Below are positions 1-21,374 of a stretch of 64,000 nucleotides of DNA, piece by piece. Position numbers and translations under genes: made by a program. This DNA is from Macrostomum lignano (Eukaryota): NCBI GenBank assembly GCA_002269645.1, contig NIVC01002827.1:1-64000 (forward strand), in the 5' to 3' direction. The notes below the pieces were generated by a model that had not been told where the DNA came from, made no database searches, and worked only from the letters and a program-made list of their open reading frames with translations. How positions within the stretch are numbered: the first letter of the stretch is position 1; each line of letters opens with the position of its first letter.

Positions 1-3000
1 CACCAAGAGACAGGAGCGCCCACCAAGAGAGACAGAGGCCGCCCACCAAGAGACAGCTAGGGGCGTCCACACAGAGACAGGGGCGCCCACCAAGAGCCAG
101 AGCGCCCCACCAAGAGACAGGGCGACCACCAAGAGACAGGAGGCGCCACCAAGAGACAAGGGCGCCCACCAAGAGACAGAATGGCCCACCAAGAGACAGG
201 AGGCGCCCACCAAGAGACAGCTAGGGGCGTCCACCAAGAGACAGGGGCGCCACCAAGAGCCAGAGGCGCCCACCAAGAGACAGAATGTGCCCACAAAGAC
301 AGGAGGCGCCCACCAAGAGACAGCTAGGGGCGTCCACCAAGAGACAGGGGCGCCCACCAAGAGCGCAGAGCGCCCACAAGAGACAGGCGACCACCAAGAG
401 ACAGGAGGCGCCCACCAAGAGACAGGGCGCGCCACCAAGAGAACAGAATGTGCCCACCAAGAGACAGGAGGCGCCCACCAAGAGACAGGGGCGTCCACCA
501 AGAGACAGGGCGCCCACCAAGAGACAGGGCCGCCCACCAAGAGACAGAAGGTGCCCACCAAGAGACAGGAGGCGCCCACCAAGAGACAGAGCGCCCACCA
601 AGAGACAGGAGGCGCCCACCAAGAGACAGGGGCGCCCACCAAGAGACAGAAGGTGCCCACCAAGAGACAGGCCGGCCCACCAAGAGACAGAATGTGCCCA
701 CCAAGAACAGGAGGCGCCCACCAAGAGACAGCTAGGGCGTCCACCAAGAGACAGGGGCGCCCACCAAGAGACAGGGCCCCCGCACCAAGAGACAGGGGCG
801 TCCACCAAGAGACAGGGGCGCCCACCAAGAGACAGAATGTGCCCACCAAGAGACAGGAGGCGCCCAACACGAGGCGCCCACCAAGAGACAGGACCGCCCA
901 CCAAGAGACAGCTAAGGGCGTCCACACCAAGAAGACAGGCGCCTCACCAAGAGACAGGGGGCGTCCCACGAAGAGACAGGGGCGCCCACCAAGAAACAGG
1001 GGCGCCCACAAGAGACAGGGGCGCCACCAAGAGACAGAGGCGCCACCAAGGGACAGGGCCGCCCACCAAGAGACAGAAGGTGCCCACCAAGAGACAGGAG
1101 GCGCCCACCAAGAGACAGAGCGCCCACCAAGACAGAGGCGCCCACGCAAGAGACAGCTAGGGGCGTCCCACCAAGAGACAGGAGGCGCCCACCAAGAGAC
1201 AGGGCGCCCACAAGAGACAGGGGCGCCCACCAAGAGACAGGGCGACCACCAAGAGACAGGAGGCGCCACCAAGAGACAGGAGGCGCCCACCAAGAGACAG
1301 CTAGGGGCGTCCACCAAGAGACAGGGGCGCCCACCAAGAGACAGAGCGCCACCAAGAGACAGGGCGCCCAAGAGACAGGACGCGCCCACCAAGAGACAGA
1401 GGGCGCCCACAGCAGAGAGAGAATGGCGCCACCAAGAGACAGAGGCGCCCACCAAGAGACAGCTAGGGCGTCCACCAAGAGACAGGGGCGCCCACCAAGA
1501 GGCCAGACGCCACCAAGAGACAGAATGTGCCCACCAAGAGACAGGAGCGCCCACCAAGAGACAGCTAGGGCGTCCACCAAGAGACAGGGGCGCCACCAAG
1601 AGCCAGAGCGCCCACCAAGAGACAGGGCGACCACCAAGAGACACAGGGGCGCCACCAAGAGACAGGGGCGCCCACCAAGAGACAGAATGTGCCCACCAAG
1701 AGACAGGAGGCGCCCACCAAGAGACAGGGGCGTCCACCAAGAGACAGGGCGCCCACCAAGAGACAGGGCCGCCCACCAAGAGACAGAAGGTGCCCACCAA
1801 GAGACAGGAGGCGCCCACCAAGAGACAGAGCGCCCACCAAGAGACAGGAGGCGCCCACCAAGAGACAGGGCGTCCACCAAGAGACAGGGCCGCCCACCAA
1901 GAGACAGGGGCGCCCACCAAGAGACAGGGCGCCCACCAAGAGACAGGGCGTCCACCAAGAGACAAGAGGCCCACCAAGAGACAGGGCGCCACCAAGAGAC
2001 AGGGCCGCCCACCAAGAGACAGAAAGGTGCCCACCAAGAGACAGGAGGCGCCCACCAAGAGACAGAGCGCCCACCAAGAGACAGGGCGCCCACCAAGAGA
2101 CAGCTAGGGGCGTCCACCAAGAGACAGGAGGCGCCCACCAAGAGACAGGGGCGCCACCAAGAGACAGGGCGCGCCACCAAGAGACAGGCCGCCCACCAAG
2201 AGACAGAATGTGCCCACCAAGAGACAGGAGGCGCCCACCAAGAGACAGCTAGGGGCGTCCACCAAGAGACAGGGGCGCCCACCAAGAGACAGGGCGCCCA
2301 CCAAGAGACAGGGGCGTCCACCAAGAGACAGAGCGCCCACCAAGAGACAGGAGGCGCCCAACAGGAGGCGCCACCAAGAGACAGGACGCGCCACACAAGA
2401 GACAGCTAGGGGCGTCCACCAAGAGACAGGGGCGCCCACCAAGAGACAGGAGGCGCCCACCAAGAGACAGCTAGGGGCGTCCACCAAGAGACAGGGCCGC
2501 CCACCAAGAGACAGGGGCGCCCACCAAGAGACAGGGCGCCCACCAAGAGACAGAGCGCCCACCAAGAGACAGGGAGGCGCCCACCAAGAGACGGGCGCCA
2601 CCAAGAGACAGGGCGCCCACCAAGAGACAGGAGGCGCCCACCAAGAGACAGGGGCGTCCACCAAGAGACAGGGCCGCCCACCAAGAGACAGGGGCGCCCA
2701 CAAAGAGACAGGGCGCCCACAAGAGACAGCTAGGGCGTCCACCAAGAGACAGGAGGCGCCCACCAAGAGACAGGAGGCGCCCACCAAGAGACAGGGGCGC
2801 CCACCAAGAGACAGCTAGGGCGTCACCAAGAGACAGGGCGACCACCAAGAGACAGGAGGCGCCCACCAAGAGACAGGGGCGCCCCAAGAGACAGGCGTCC
2901 ACCAAGAGACAGGAGGCGCCCACAAGAGACAGGGGCGTCCACCAAGAGACAGGGCGCCCACCAAGAGACAGCTAGGGGCGTGCACCAAGAGACAGGAGGC

Positions 3001-6000
3001 GCCCACCAAGAGACGGGGGCCACCAAGAGACAGGGGCGCCCACCAAGAGACAGGAGGCGCCCACCAAGAGACAGGGGCGTCCACCAAGAGACAGGGCCGC
3101 CCACCAAGAGACAGGGGCGCCACCAAGAGACAGGGCGCCCACCAAGAGACAGCTAGGGCGTCCACCAAGAGACAGAGCGCCCACCAAGAGACAGGGCCGC
3201 CCACCAAGAGACAGGGCGCCCACCAAGAGACAGAAGGTGCCCACCAAGAGACAGGAGGCGCCCACCAAGAGACAGAGCGCCCACCAAGAGACAGGGCGTC
3301 CACCAAGAGACAGCTAGGGGCGTCCACCAAGAGACAGGGGCGCCCACCAAGAGACAGGGCGCCCACCAAGAGACAGGGGCGCCCACCAAGAGACAGGGCG
3401 CCCACCAAGAGACAGAATGTGCCCACCAGAGACAGGAGGCGCCCACCAAGAGACAGCTAGGGGCGTCCACCAAGAGACAGGGGCGCCCACCAAGAGACAG
3501 GAGGCGCCCACCAAGAGACAGGGGCGTCCACCAAGAGACAGAGCGCCCACCAAGAGACAGGAGGCGCCCAACAGGAGGCGCCCACCAAGAGACAGGACGC
3601 GCCCACCAAGAGACAGCTAGGGGCGTCCACCAAGAGACAGGGGCGCCCACCAAGAGACAGGAGGCGCCCACCAAGAGACAGCTAGGGGCGTCCACCAAGA
3701 GACAGGGCCGCCCACCAAGAGACAGGGGCGCCCACCAAGAGACAGGGCGCCCACCAAGAGACAGAGCGCCCACCAAGAGACAGGAGGCGCCCACCAAGAG
3801 ACGGGGGCGCCCACCAAGAGACAGGGGCGCCCACCAAGAGACAGGAGGCGCCCACCAAGAGACAGGGGCGTCCACCAAGAGACAGGGCCGCCCACCAAGA
3901 GACAGGAGGCGCCCACCAAGAGACAGGGGCGTCCACCAAGAGACAGGGCCGCCCACCAAGAGACAGAATGTGCCCACCAAGAGACAGGAGGCGCCCACCA
4001 AGAGACAGCTAGGGGCGTCCACCAAGAGACAGGGGCGCCCACCAAGAGCCAGAGCGCCCACCAAGAGACAGGGCGACCACCAAGAGACAGGAGGCGCCCA
4101 CCAAGAGACAGGGGCGCCCACCAAGAGACAGAATGTGCCCACCAAGAGACAGGAGGCGCCCACCAAGAGACAGGGGCGTCCACCAAGAGACAGGGCGCCC
4201 ACCAAGAGACAGGGCCGCCCACCAAGAGACAGAAGGTGCCCACCAAGAGACAGGAGGCGCCCACCAAGAGACAGAGCGCCCACCAAGAGACAGCTAGGGG
4301 CGTCCACCAAGAGACAGAGCGCCCACCAAGAGACAGGAGGCGCCCACCAAGAGACAGGGGCGCCCACCAAGAGACAGCTAGGGGCGTCCACCAAGAGACA
4401 GGAGGCGACCACCAAGAGACAGGAGGCGCCCACCAAGAGACAGGGCGCCCACCAAGAGACAGGGCGTCCACCAAGAGACAGGAGGCGCCCACCAAGAGAC
4501 AGGGGCGTCCACCAAGAGACAGGGCGCCCACCAAGAGACAGCTAGGGCGTGCACCAAGAGACAGGAGGCGCCCACCAAGAGACGGGGCGCCCACCAAGAG
4601 ACAGGGGCGCCCACCAAGAGACAGGAGGCGCCCACCAAGAGACAGGGGCGCCACCAAGAGACAGGGCGCCCACCAAGAGACAGGGGCGCCCACCAAGAGA
4701 CAGGCGCCCACCAAGAGACAGCTAGGGGCGTCCACCAAGAGACAGAGCGCCCACCAAGAGACAGGGCCGCCCACCAAGAGACAGGGCGCCCACCAAGAGA
4801 CAGAAGGTGCCCACCAAGAGACAGGAGGCGCCCACCAAGAGACAGAGGCCCACCAAGAGACAGGGCGTCCACCAAGAGACAGCTAGGGGCGTCCACCAAG
4901 AGACAGGAGGCGCCCACCAAGAGACAGGGGCGCCACCAAGAGACAGGGGCGCGCCACCAAGAGACAGGGCGCCCACCAAGAGACAGAAGTGCCCACCAGA
5001 GACAGGAGGCGCCCACCAAGAGACAGCTAGGGCGTCCACCAAGAGACAGGGGCGCCCACCAAGAGACAGGAGGCGCCCACCAAGAGACAGGGGCGTCCAC
5101 CAAGAGACAGAGCGCCCACCAAGAGACAGGAGGCGCCCAACAGGAGGCGCCCACCAAGAGACAGGACGCGCCCACCAAGAGACAGCTAGGGGCGTCCACC
5201 AAGAGACAGGGGCGCCCACCAAGAGACAGGAGGCGCCCACCAAGAGACAGCTAGGGGCGTCCACCAAGAGACAGGGCCGCCCACCAAGAGACAGGGGCGC
5301 CCACCAAGAGACAGGGCGCCCACCAAGAGACAGAGCGCCCACCAAGAGACAGGAGGCGCCCACCAAGAGACGGGGGCGCCCACCAAGAGACAGAGGCGCC
5401 CACCAAGAGACAGGAGGCGCCCACCAAGAGACAGGGGCGTCCACCAAGAGACAGGGCGCCCACCAAGAGACAGGGGCGCCCACAAAGAGACAGGGCGCCC
5501 ACCAAGAGACAGCTAGGGGCGTCCACCAAGAGACAGAGCGCCCACCAAGAGACAGGAGGCGCCCACCAAGAGACAGGGGCGCCCACCAAGAGACAGCTAG
5601 GGGCGTCCACCAAGAGACAGGAGGCGCCCACCAAGAGACGGGGGCGCCCACCAAGAGACAGGGGCGCCCACCAAGAGACAGGAGGCGCCCACCAAGAGAC
5701 AGGGGCGTCCACCAAGAGACAGGGCCGCTCACCAAGAGACAGGGGCGCCCACTAAGAGACAGGGCGCCCACCAAGAGACAGCTAGGGGCGTCCACCAAGA
5801 GACAGAGCGCCCACCAAGAGACAGGAGGCGCCCACCAAGAGACAGGGGCGCCCACCAAGAGACAGCTAGGGGCGTCCACCAAGAGACAGGAGGCGCCCAC
5901 CAAGAGACAGGGGCGCTCACCAAGAGACAGGGCCGCCCACCAAGAGACAGGGCCGCCCACCAAGAGACAGAATGTGCCCACCAAGAGACAGGGCGCCCAC

Positions 6001-9000
6001 CAAGAGACAGGAGGCGCCCACCAAGAGACGGGGGCGCCCACCAAGAGACAGGAGGCGCCCACCAAGAGACGGGGGCGCCCACCAAGAGACAGGAGGCGCC
6101 CACCAAGAGACAGGGGCGTCCACCAAGAGACAGGGCCGCCCACCAAGAGACAGGGGCGCCCACCAAGAGACAGGGCGCCCACCAAGAGACAGCTAGGGGC
6201 GTCCACCAAGAGACAGAGCGCCCACCAAGAGACAGGAGGCGCCCACCAAGAGACAGGGGCGCCCACCAAGAGACAGCTAGGGGCGTCCACCAAGAGACAG
6301 GAGGCGCCCACCAAGAGACAGGGGCGCACACCAAGAGACAGGGCCGCCCACCAAGAGACTGGGCCGCCCACCAAGAGACAGAATGTGCCCACCAAGAGAC
6401 AGGAGGCGCCCACCAAGAGACAGGGGCGCCCACCAAGAGACAGGGCGCCCACCAAGAGACAGAGCGCCCACCAAGAGACAGGGCGTCCACCAAGAGACAG
6501 CTAGGGGCGTCCACCAAGAGACAGGAGGCGCCCACCAAGAGACAGGGGCGCCCACCAAGAGACAGGGGCGCGCCCACCAAGAGACAGGGCGCCCACCAAG
6601 AGACAGAATGTGCCCACCAAGAGACAGGAGGCGCCCACCAAGAGACAGCTAGGGGCGTCCACCAAGAGACAGGGGCGCCCACCAAGAGACAGGAGGCGCC
6701 CACCAAGAGACAGGGGCGTCCACCAAGAGACAGAGCGCCCACCAAGAGACAGGAGGCGCCCAACAGGAGGCGCCCACCAAGAGACAGGACGCGCCCACCA
6801 AGAGACAGCTAGGGGCGTCCACCAAGAGACAGGGGCGCCCACCAAGAGACAGGAGGCGCCCACCAAGAGACAGCTAGGGGCGTCCACCAAGAGACAGGGC
6901 CGCCCACCAAGAGACAGGGGCGCCCACCAAGAGACAGGGCGCCCACCAAGAGACAGAGCGCCCACCAAGAGACAGGAGGCGCCCACCAAGAGACGGGGGC
7001 GCCCACCAAGAGACAGGGGCGCCCACCAAGAGACAGGAGGCGCCCACCAAGAGACAGGGGCGTCCACCAAGAGACAGGGCCGCCCACCAAGAGACAGGGG
7101 CGCCCACAAAGAGACAGGGCGCCCACCAAGAGACAGCTAGGGGCGTCCACCAAGAGACAGGAGGCGCCCACCAAGAGACAGGAGGCGCCCACCAAGAGAC
7201 AGGGGCGCCCACCAAGAGACAGCTAGGGGCGTCCACCAAGAGACAGGAGGCGACCACCAAGAGACAGGAGGCGCCCACCAAGAGACAGGGGCGCCCACCA
7301 AGAGACAGGGCGTCCACCAAGAGACAGGAGGCGCCCACCAAGAGACAGGGGCGTCCACCAAGAGACAGGGCGCCCACCAAGAGACAGCTAGGGGCGTGCA
7401 CCAAGAGACAGGAGGCGCCCACCAAGAGACGGGGGTGCCCACCAAGAGACAGGGGCGCCCACCAAGAGACAGGAGGCGCCCACCAAGAGACAGGGGCGTC
7501 CACCAAGAGACAGGGCCGCCCACCAAGAGACAGGGGCGCCCACCAAGAGACAGGGCGCCCACCAAGAGACAGCTAGGGGCGTCCACCAAGAGACAGAGCG
7601 CCCACCAAGAGACAGGGCCGCCCACCAAGAGACAGGGCCGCCCACCAAGAGACAGAAGGTGCCCACCAAGAGACAGGAGGCGCCCACCAAGAGACAGAGC
7701 GCCCACCAAGAGACAGGGCGTCCACCAAGAGACAGCTAGGGGCGTCCACCAAGAGACAGGAGGCGCCCACCAAGAGACAGGGGCGCCCACCAAGAGACAG
7801 GGGCGCGCCCACCAAGAGACAGGGCCGCCCACCAAGAGACAGAATGTGCCCACCGAGAGACAGGAGGCGCCCACCAAGAGACAGCTAGGGGCGTCCACCA
7901 AGAGACAGGGGCGCCCACCAAGAGACAGGAGGCGCCCACCAAGAGACAGGGGCGTCCACCAAGAGACAGAGCGCCCACCAAGAGACAGGAGGCGCCCAAC
8001 AGGAGGCGCCCACCAAGAGACAGGACGCGCCCACCAAGAGACAGCTAGGGGCGTCCACTAAGAGACAGGGGCGCCCACCAAGAGACAGGAGGCGCCCACC
8101 AAGAGACAGCTAGGGGCGTCCACCAAGAGACAGGGCCGGCCACCAAGAGACAGGGGCGCCCACCAAGAGACAGGGCGCCCACCAAGAGACAGAGCGCCCA
8201 CCAAGAGACAGGAGGCGCCCACCAAGAGACAGGGGCGCCCACCAAGAGACAGGGGCGCCCACCAAGAGACAGGAGGCGCCCACCAAGAGACAGGGGCGTC
8301 CACCAAGAGACAGGGCGCCACCAAGAGACAGGGGCGCCCACCAAGAGACAGGGCGTCCACCAAGAGACAGGGCGCCCACCAAGAGACAGGAGACAGCGCC
8401 ACCAAGAGACAGGGCGCCCACCAAGAGACAGAATGTGCCCACCAAGAGACAGGAGGCGCCCACCAAGAGACAGCTAGGGGCGCCACCAAGAGACAGGGGC
8501 GCCCACCAAGAGACAGAGCGCCCACCAAGAGACAGGGCGCCACCAAGAGACAGGAGGCGCCCACCAAGAGACAGGGGCGCCACCAAGAGACAGGGCCCAC
8601 CAAGAGACAGGAGGCGCCCACCAAGAGACAGGGGCGCCCACCAAGAGACAGGGCGCCCACCAAGAGACAGGGCGCCCACCAAGAGACAGAGGCCCACCAA
8701 GAGACAGGAGGCGCCCACCAAGAGACAGAGCGCCCACCAAGAGACAGCTAGGGGCGTCCACCAAGAGACAGAGGCGCCCACCAAGAGACAGGAGGCGCCC
8801 ACCAAGAGACAGGGGCGCCCACCAAGAGACAGGGGCGTCCACCAAGAGACAGGAGGCGCCACCAAGAGACAGGGGCGCCCACCAAGAGACAGGGCGCCCA
8901 CCAAGAGACAGGGCGTCCACCAAGAGACAGGAGGCGCCCACCAAGAGACAGGGGCGCCCACCAAGAGACAGGGCGCCCACCAAGAGACAGCTAGGCGCAC

Positions 9001-12000
9001 CAAGAGACAGGAGGCGCCCACCAAGAGACAGGGGCGCCCACCAAGAGACAGGGGCGCCCACCAAGAGACAGGAGGCGCCCACCAAGAGACAGGGGCGTCC
9101 ACCAAGAGACAGGGCGCCCACCAAGAGACAGGGGCGCCCACCAAGAGACAGGGCGCCCACCAAGAGACAGCTAGGGCGTCCACCAAGAGACAGAGGCGCC
9201 CACCAAGAGACAGGGCGCCCACCAAGAGACAGGGCGCCCACCAAGAGACAGAGGTGCCCACCAAGAGACAGGAGGCGCCCACCAAGAGACAGAGCGCCCA
9301 CCAAGAGACAGGGCGCCACCAAGAGACAGCTAGGCGCCACCAAGAGACAGGAGGCGCCCACCAAGAGACAGGGGCGCCCACCAAGAGACAGGGGCGCGCC
9401 ACCAAGAGACAGGGCGCCCACCAAGAGACAGAGTGCCCACCAGAGACAGGAGGCGCCCACCAAGAGACAGCTAGGGGCGTCCACCAAGAGACAGGGGCGC
9501 CCACCAAGAGACAGGAGGCGCCCACCAAGAGACAGGGGCGCCACCAAGAGACAGAGCGCCCACCAAGAGACAGGAGGCGCCCAACAGGAGGCGCCCACCA
9601 AGAGACAGCTAGGGGCGCCCACCAAGAGACAGGGGCGTCCACCAAGAGACAGGGGCGCCCACCAAGAGACAGGGGCGCCCACCAAGAGACAGCTAGGGGC
9701 GTCCACCAAGAGACAGGGCCGCCCACCAAGAGACAGGGGCGCCCACCAAGAGACAGGGCGCCCACCAAGAGACAGAGCGCCCACCAAGAGACAGGAGGCG
9801 CCCACCAAGAGACGGGGGCGCCCACCAAGAGACAGGGGCGCCCACCAAGAGACAGGAGGCGCCCACCAAGAGACAGGGGCGTCCACCAAGAGACAGGGCC
9901 GCCCACCAAGAGACAGGGGCGCCCACAAAGAGACAGGGCGCCCACCAAGAGACAGCTAGGGGCGTCCACCAAGAGACAGAGCGCCCACCAAGAGACAGGA
10001 GGCGCCCACCAAGAGACAGGGGCGCCCACCAAGAGACAGCTAGGGGCGTCCACCAAGAGACAGGAGGCGCCCACCAAGAGACAGGGGCGCCCACCAAGAG
10101 ACAGGGGCGCCCACCAAGAGACAGGGGCGCCCACCAAGAGACAGGGGCGTCCACCAAGAGACAGGGCGCCCACCAAGAGACAGGGGCGCCCACCAAGAGA
10201 CAGGGCGCCCACCAAGAGACAGCTAGGGGCGTCCACCAAGAGACAGAGCGCCCACCAAGAGACAGGAGGCGCCCACCAAGAGACAGGGGCGCCCACCAAG
10301 AGACAGGGCGCCACCAAGAGACAGGAGGCGCCCACCAAGAGACAGGGCGCCACCAAGAGACAGGGCGCCCACCAAGAGACAGGGCGCCCACCAAGAGACA
10401 GAGGCCCACCAAGAGACAGGGCGCCCACCAAGAGACAGGAGGCGCCCACCAAGAGACAGGGGCGCCCACCAAGAGACAGGGGCGCCCACCAAGAGACAGG
10501 GGCGCCCACCAAGAGACAGGAGGCGCCCACCAAGAGACAGGGGCGTCCACCAAGAGACAGGGCGCCCACCAAGAGACAGGGGCGCCCACCAAGAGACAGG
10601 GCGCCCACCAAGAGACAGCTAGGGGCGTCCACCAAGAGACAGAGCGCCCACCAAGAGACAGGAGGCGCCCACCAAGAGACAGGGGCGCCCACCAAGAGAC
10701 AGCTAGGGGCGTCCACCAAGAGACAGGAGGCGCCCACCAAGAGACAGGGGCGCACACCAAGAGACAGGGCCGCCCACCAAGAGACTGGGCCGCCCACCAA
10801 GAGACAGAATGTGCCCACCAAGAGACAGGAGGCGCCCACCAAGAGACAGGGGCGCCCACCAAGAGACAGGGCGCCCACCAAGAGACAGAGCGCCCACCAA
10901 GAGACAGGAGGCGCCCACCAAGAGACGGGGGCGCCCACCAAGAGACAGGGGCGCCCACCAAGAGACAGGGGCGCCCACCAAGAGACAGGAGGCGCCCACC
11001 AAGAGACAGGGGCGTCCACCAAGAGACAGGGCGCCCACCAAGAGACAGGGCGCCCACCAAGAGACAGCTAGGGGCGTCCACCAAGAGACAGAGCGCCCAC
11101 CAAGAGACAGGAGGCGCCCACCAAGAGACAGGGGCGCCCACCAAGAGACAGCTAGGGGCGTCCACCAAGAGACAGGAGGCGCCCACCAAGAGACAGGGGC
11201 GCCCACCAAGAGACAGGGGCGCCCACCAAGAGACAGGAGGCGCCCACCAAGAGACAGGGGCGTCCACCAAGAGACAGGGCCGCCCACCAAGAGACAGGGG
11301 CGCCCACTAAGAGACAGGGTGCCCACCAAGAGACAGCTAGGGGCGTCCACCAAGAGACAGAGCGCCCACCAAGAGACAGGAGGCGCCCACCAAGAGACAG
11401 GGGCGCCCACCAAGAGACAGCTAGGGGCGTCCACCAAGAGACAGGAGGCGCCCACCAAGAGACAGGGGCGCTCACCAAGAGACAGGGCCGCCCACCAAGA
11501 GACAGGGCCGCCCACTAAGAGACAGAATGTGCCCACCAAGAGACAGGGCGCCCACCAAGAGACAGCTAGGGGCGTCCACCAAGAGACAGGAGGCGCCCAC
11601 CAAGAGACGGGGGCGCCCACCAAGAGACAGGGGCGCCCACCAAGAGACAGGAGGCGCCCACCAAGAGACAGGGGCGTCCACCAAGAGACAGGGCCGCCCA
11701 CCAAGAGACAGGGGCGCCCACCAAGAGACAGGGCGCCCACCAAGAGACAGCTAGGGGCGTCCACCAAGAGACAGAGCGCCCACCAAGAGACAGGAGGCGC
11801 CCACCAAGAGACAGGGCGCCCACCAAGAGACAGCTAGGGGCGTCCACCAAGAGACAGGAGGCGCCCACCAAGAGACAGGGGCGCACACCAAGAGACAGGG
11901 CCGCCCACCAAGAGACAGGGCCGCCCACCAAGAGACAGAATGTGCCCACCAAGAGACTGGAGGCGCCCACCAAGAGACAGCTAGGGGCGTCCACCAAGAG

Positions 12001-12275
12001 ACAGGGGCGCCCACCAAGAGACAGGGCCGCCCACCAAGAGACAGAATGTGCCCACCAAGAGACAGGGCGTCCACCAAGAGACAGGGTGCCCACCAAGAGA
12101 CAGAGCGCCCACCAAGAGACAGGGCGTCCACCAAGAGACAGGGTGCCCACCAAGAGACAGAGCGCCCACCAAGAGACAGGGCGTCCACCAAGAGACAGGG
12201 GCGCCCACCAAGAGACAGGGGCGCCCACCAAGAGACAGGGCGTCCACCAAGAGACAGGGCGCCCACCAAGAGACA
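1..12275. repeat. Satellite array: invariant core CCACCAAGAGACAG plus short variable GC-rich spacers, unit about 19-25 bp, with higher-order structure
   Basis: The core recurs several hundred times from base 1 to an abrupt end at about 12275. Spacers come from a limited set (GAGGCGC, GGGCGC, GGGCGT, GGCGC, AGCGC, GGCCGC, AATGTGC, AAGGTGC, CTAGGGGCGT). Overlapping ORFs on both strands are artefacts of a nearly stop-free unit. Confidence 0.98.
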
Positions 12276-13290
12276 CCAAATATTGGCGCCCGTTAAAACT
12301 AATTAACATTTCTGAGTAGGTCAGGTTCTTGAATTTTTTAATTTAATTTTTACGGCTGATAGTTAGCAACCCAGTCTTTCACACAAATTCTACCAGCTAG
12401 AGAAATGCAAAAAAACAAGCAAAGCTTATGTTATTCGAAAATGGCAATTTTTGGAAAAATAATTATTTCAAAAACGCATTTAAGTTATTTATTTTCTGTG
12501 ACAAGCAGAGAGACAAGCCGATCGGAGAAGGCAACAAAGATATCAACTGTTCTGAAAAATTGCAAACCAATTTCGCCAAAATCTTGAAGTAAGAGCTAAG
12601 GTCCAAGCCATGCTACTATTAGTATAAAAAATCATGCAAAATAATTTAGTTACAACAAAGAGAGTGGATGAACACAAAAATGAAAGTCAATCCTTTATAT
12701 ACAATCTAAACGTGAGCAAGTTTTCCAATAGTGGCTGAGGTTTTGATGAGGCGGCACATGCTCGCAAGGAAAGATCGCACAGGAAAAAAGCAAAATTAAA
12801 AGCAGAAAAATAGCGGCTCCAAGACAGACAACTTCGGTACTTTTTTAAGCAACTCATTTTAAAAGCTACAATTGCACTCTAAAAAATAAACTCTGGATTA
12901 ATCTTAAGGCCCTAAATATAATTTTTTCGGTACTATAATCATTAATATATTTCTACCAAAGCAGTTTCCCAATCCCAAAAGTTAAAGATATTACGACATT
13001 AAAGACGCAAAAATATTTCCATTTCTGTCCTAAAATCTAAACGGAAAGACCAAATTAAACTTACTTAAACAGTAGGAGCTATGAGGCAGACAGCACATCA
13101 AAGAAAAGAAAACAACTATTCATATTTTCTGATTTTCCCAGACAAAATAAAACAAAATTTATATGGGATAATTTTAACAAAAATAAATCTTGATCTAATA
13201 AATATTGCGATCCCAAATATACGAAGTAAAAACATGCAACCATTATTTGCATAGTTAAACAAAATCAATTTGAAATGTAAAACTGAATTG

Positions 13291-21131
<7,841 letters not shown>

Positions 21132-21374
21132 CTAGGAAAAACAGCGCCAAGATACTGACCGCTCGAGTCCGCGTTCTGGAATTCGGGAGGGGTGTTGAAT
21201 AAAAGTGCAACATTTTAATTTATTTATAATTAGCATTGACAGACTTGTAAATATTTTTAAACAGTAACAAGTTAGTCAGAAAGTGCAGCATCTGCATTCT
21301 GGGGTTTGATTGTTGATTTTTCTCGCCGATAAATTGTAGCAGAAAGTTGTTTAGTATCACATTTTATCTTTGCC

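Noticed and set aside
1-12275. CRISPR array interpretation of the core-plus-spacer satellite
   Set aside because: Spacers are 4-10 nt and recur many times, there are no cas genes, and the context is eukaryotic with spliced genes.
57-12319. Long ORFs (up to 970 aa) on both strands of the satellite
   Set aside because: The unit is nearly stop-free in all frames, unit lengths are not multiples of 3, and the frames drift freely.
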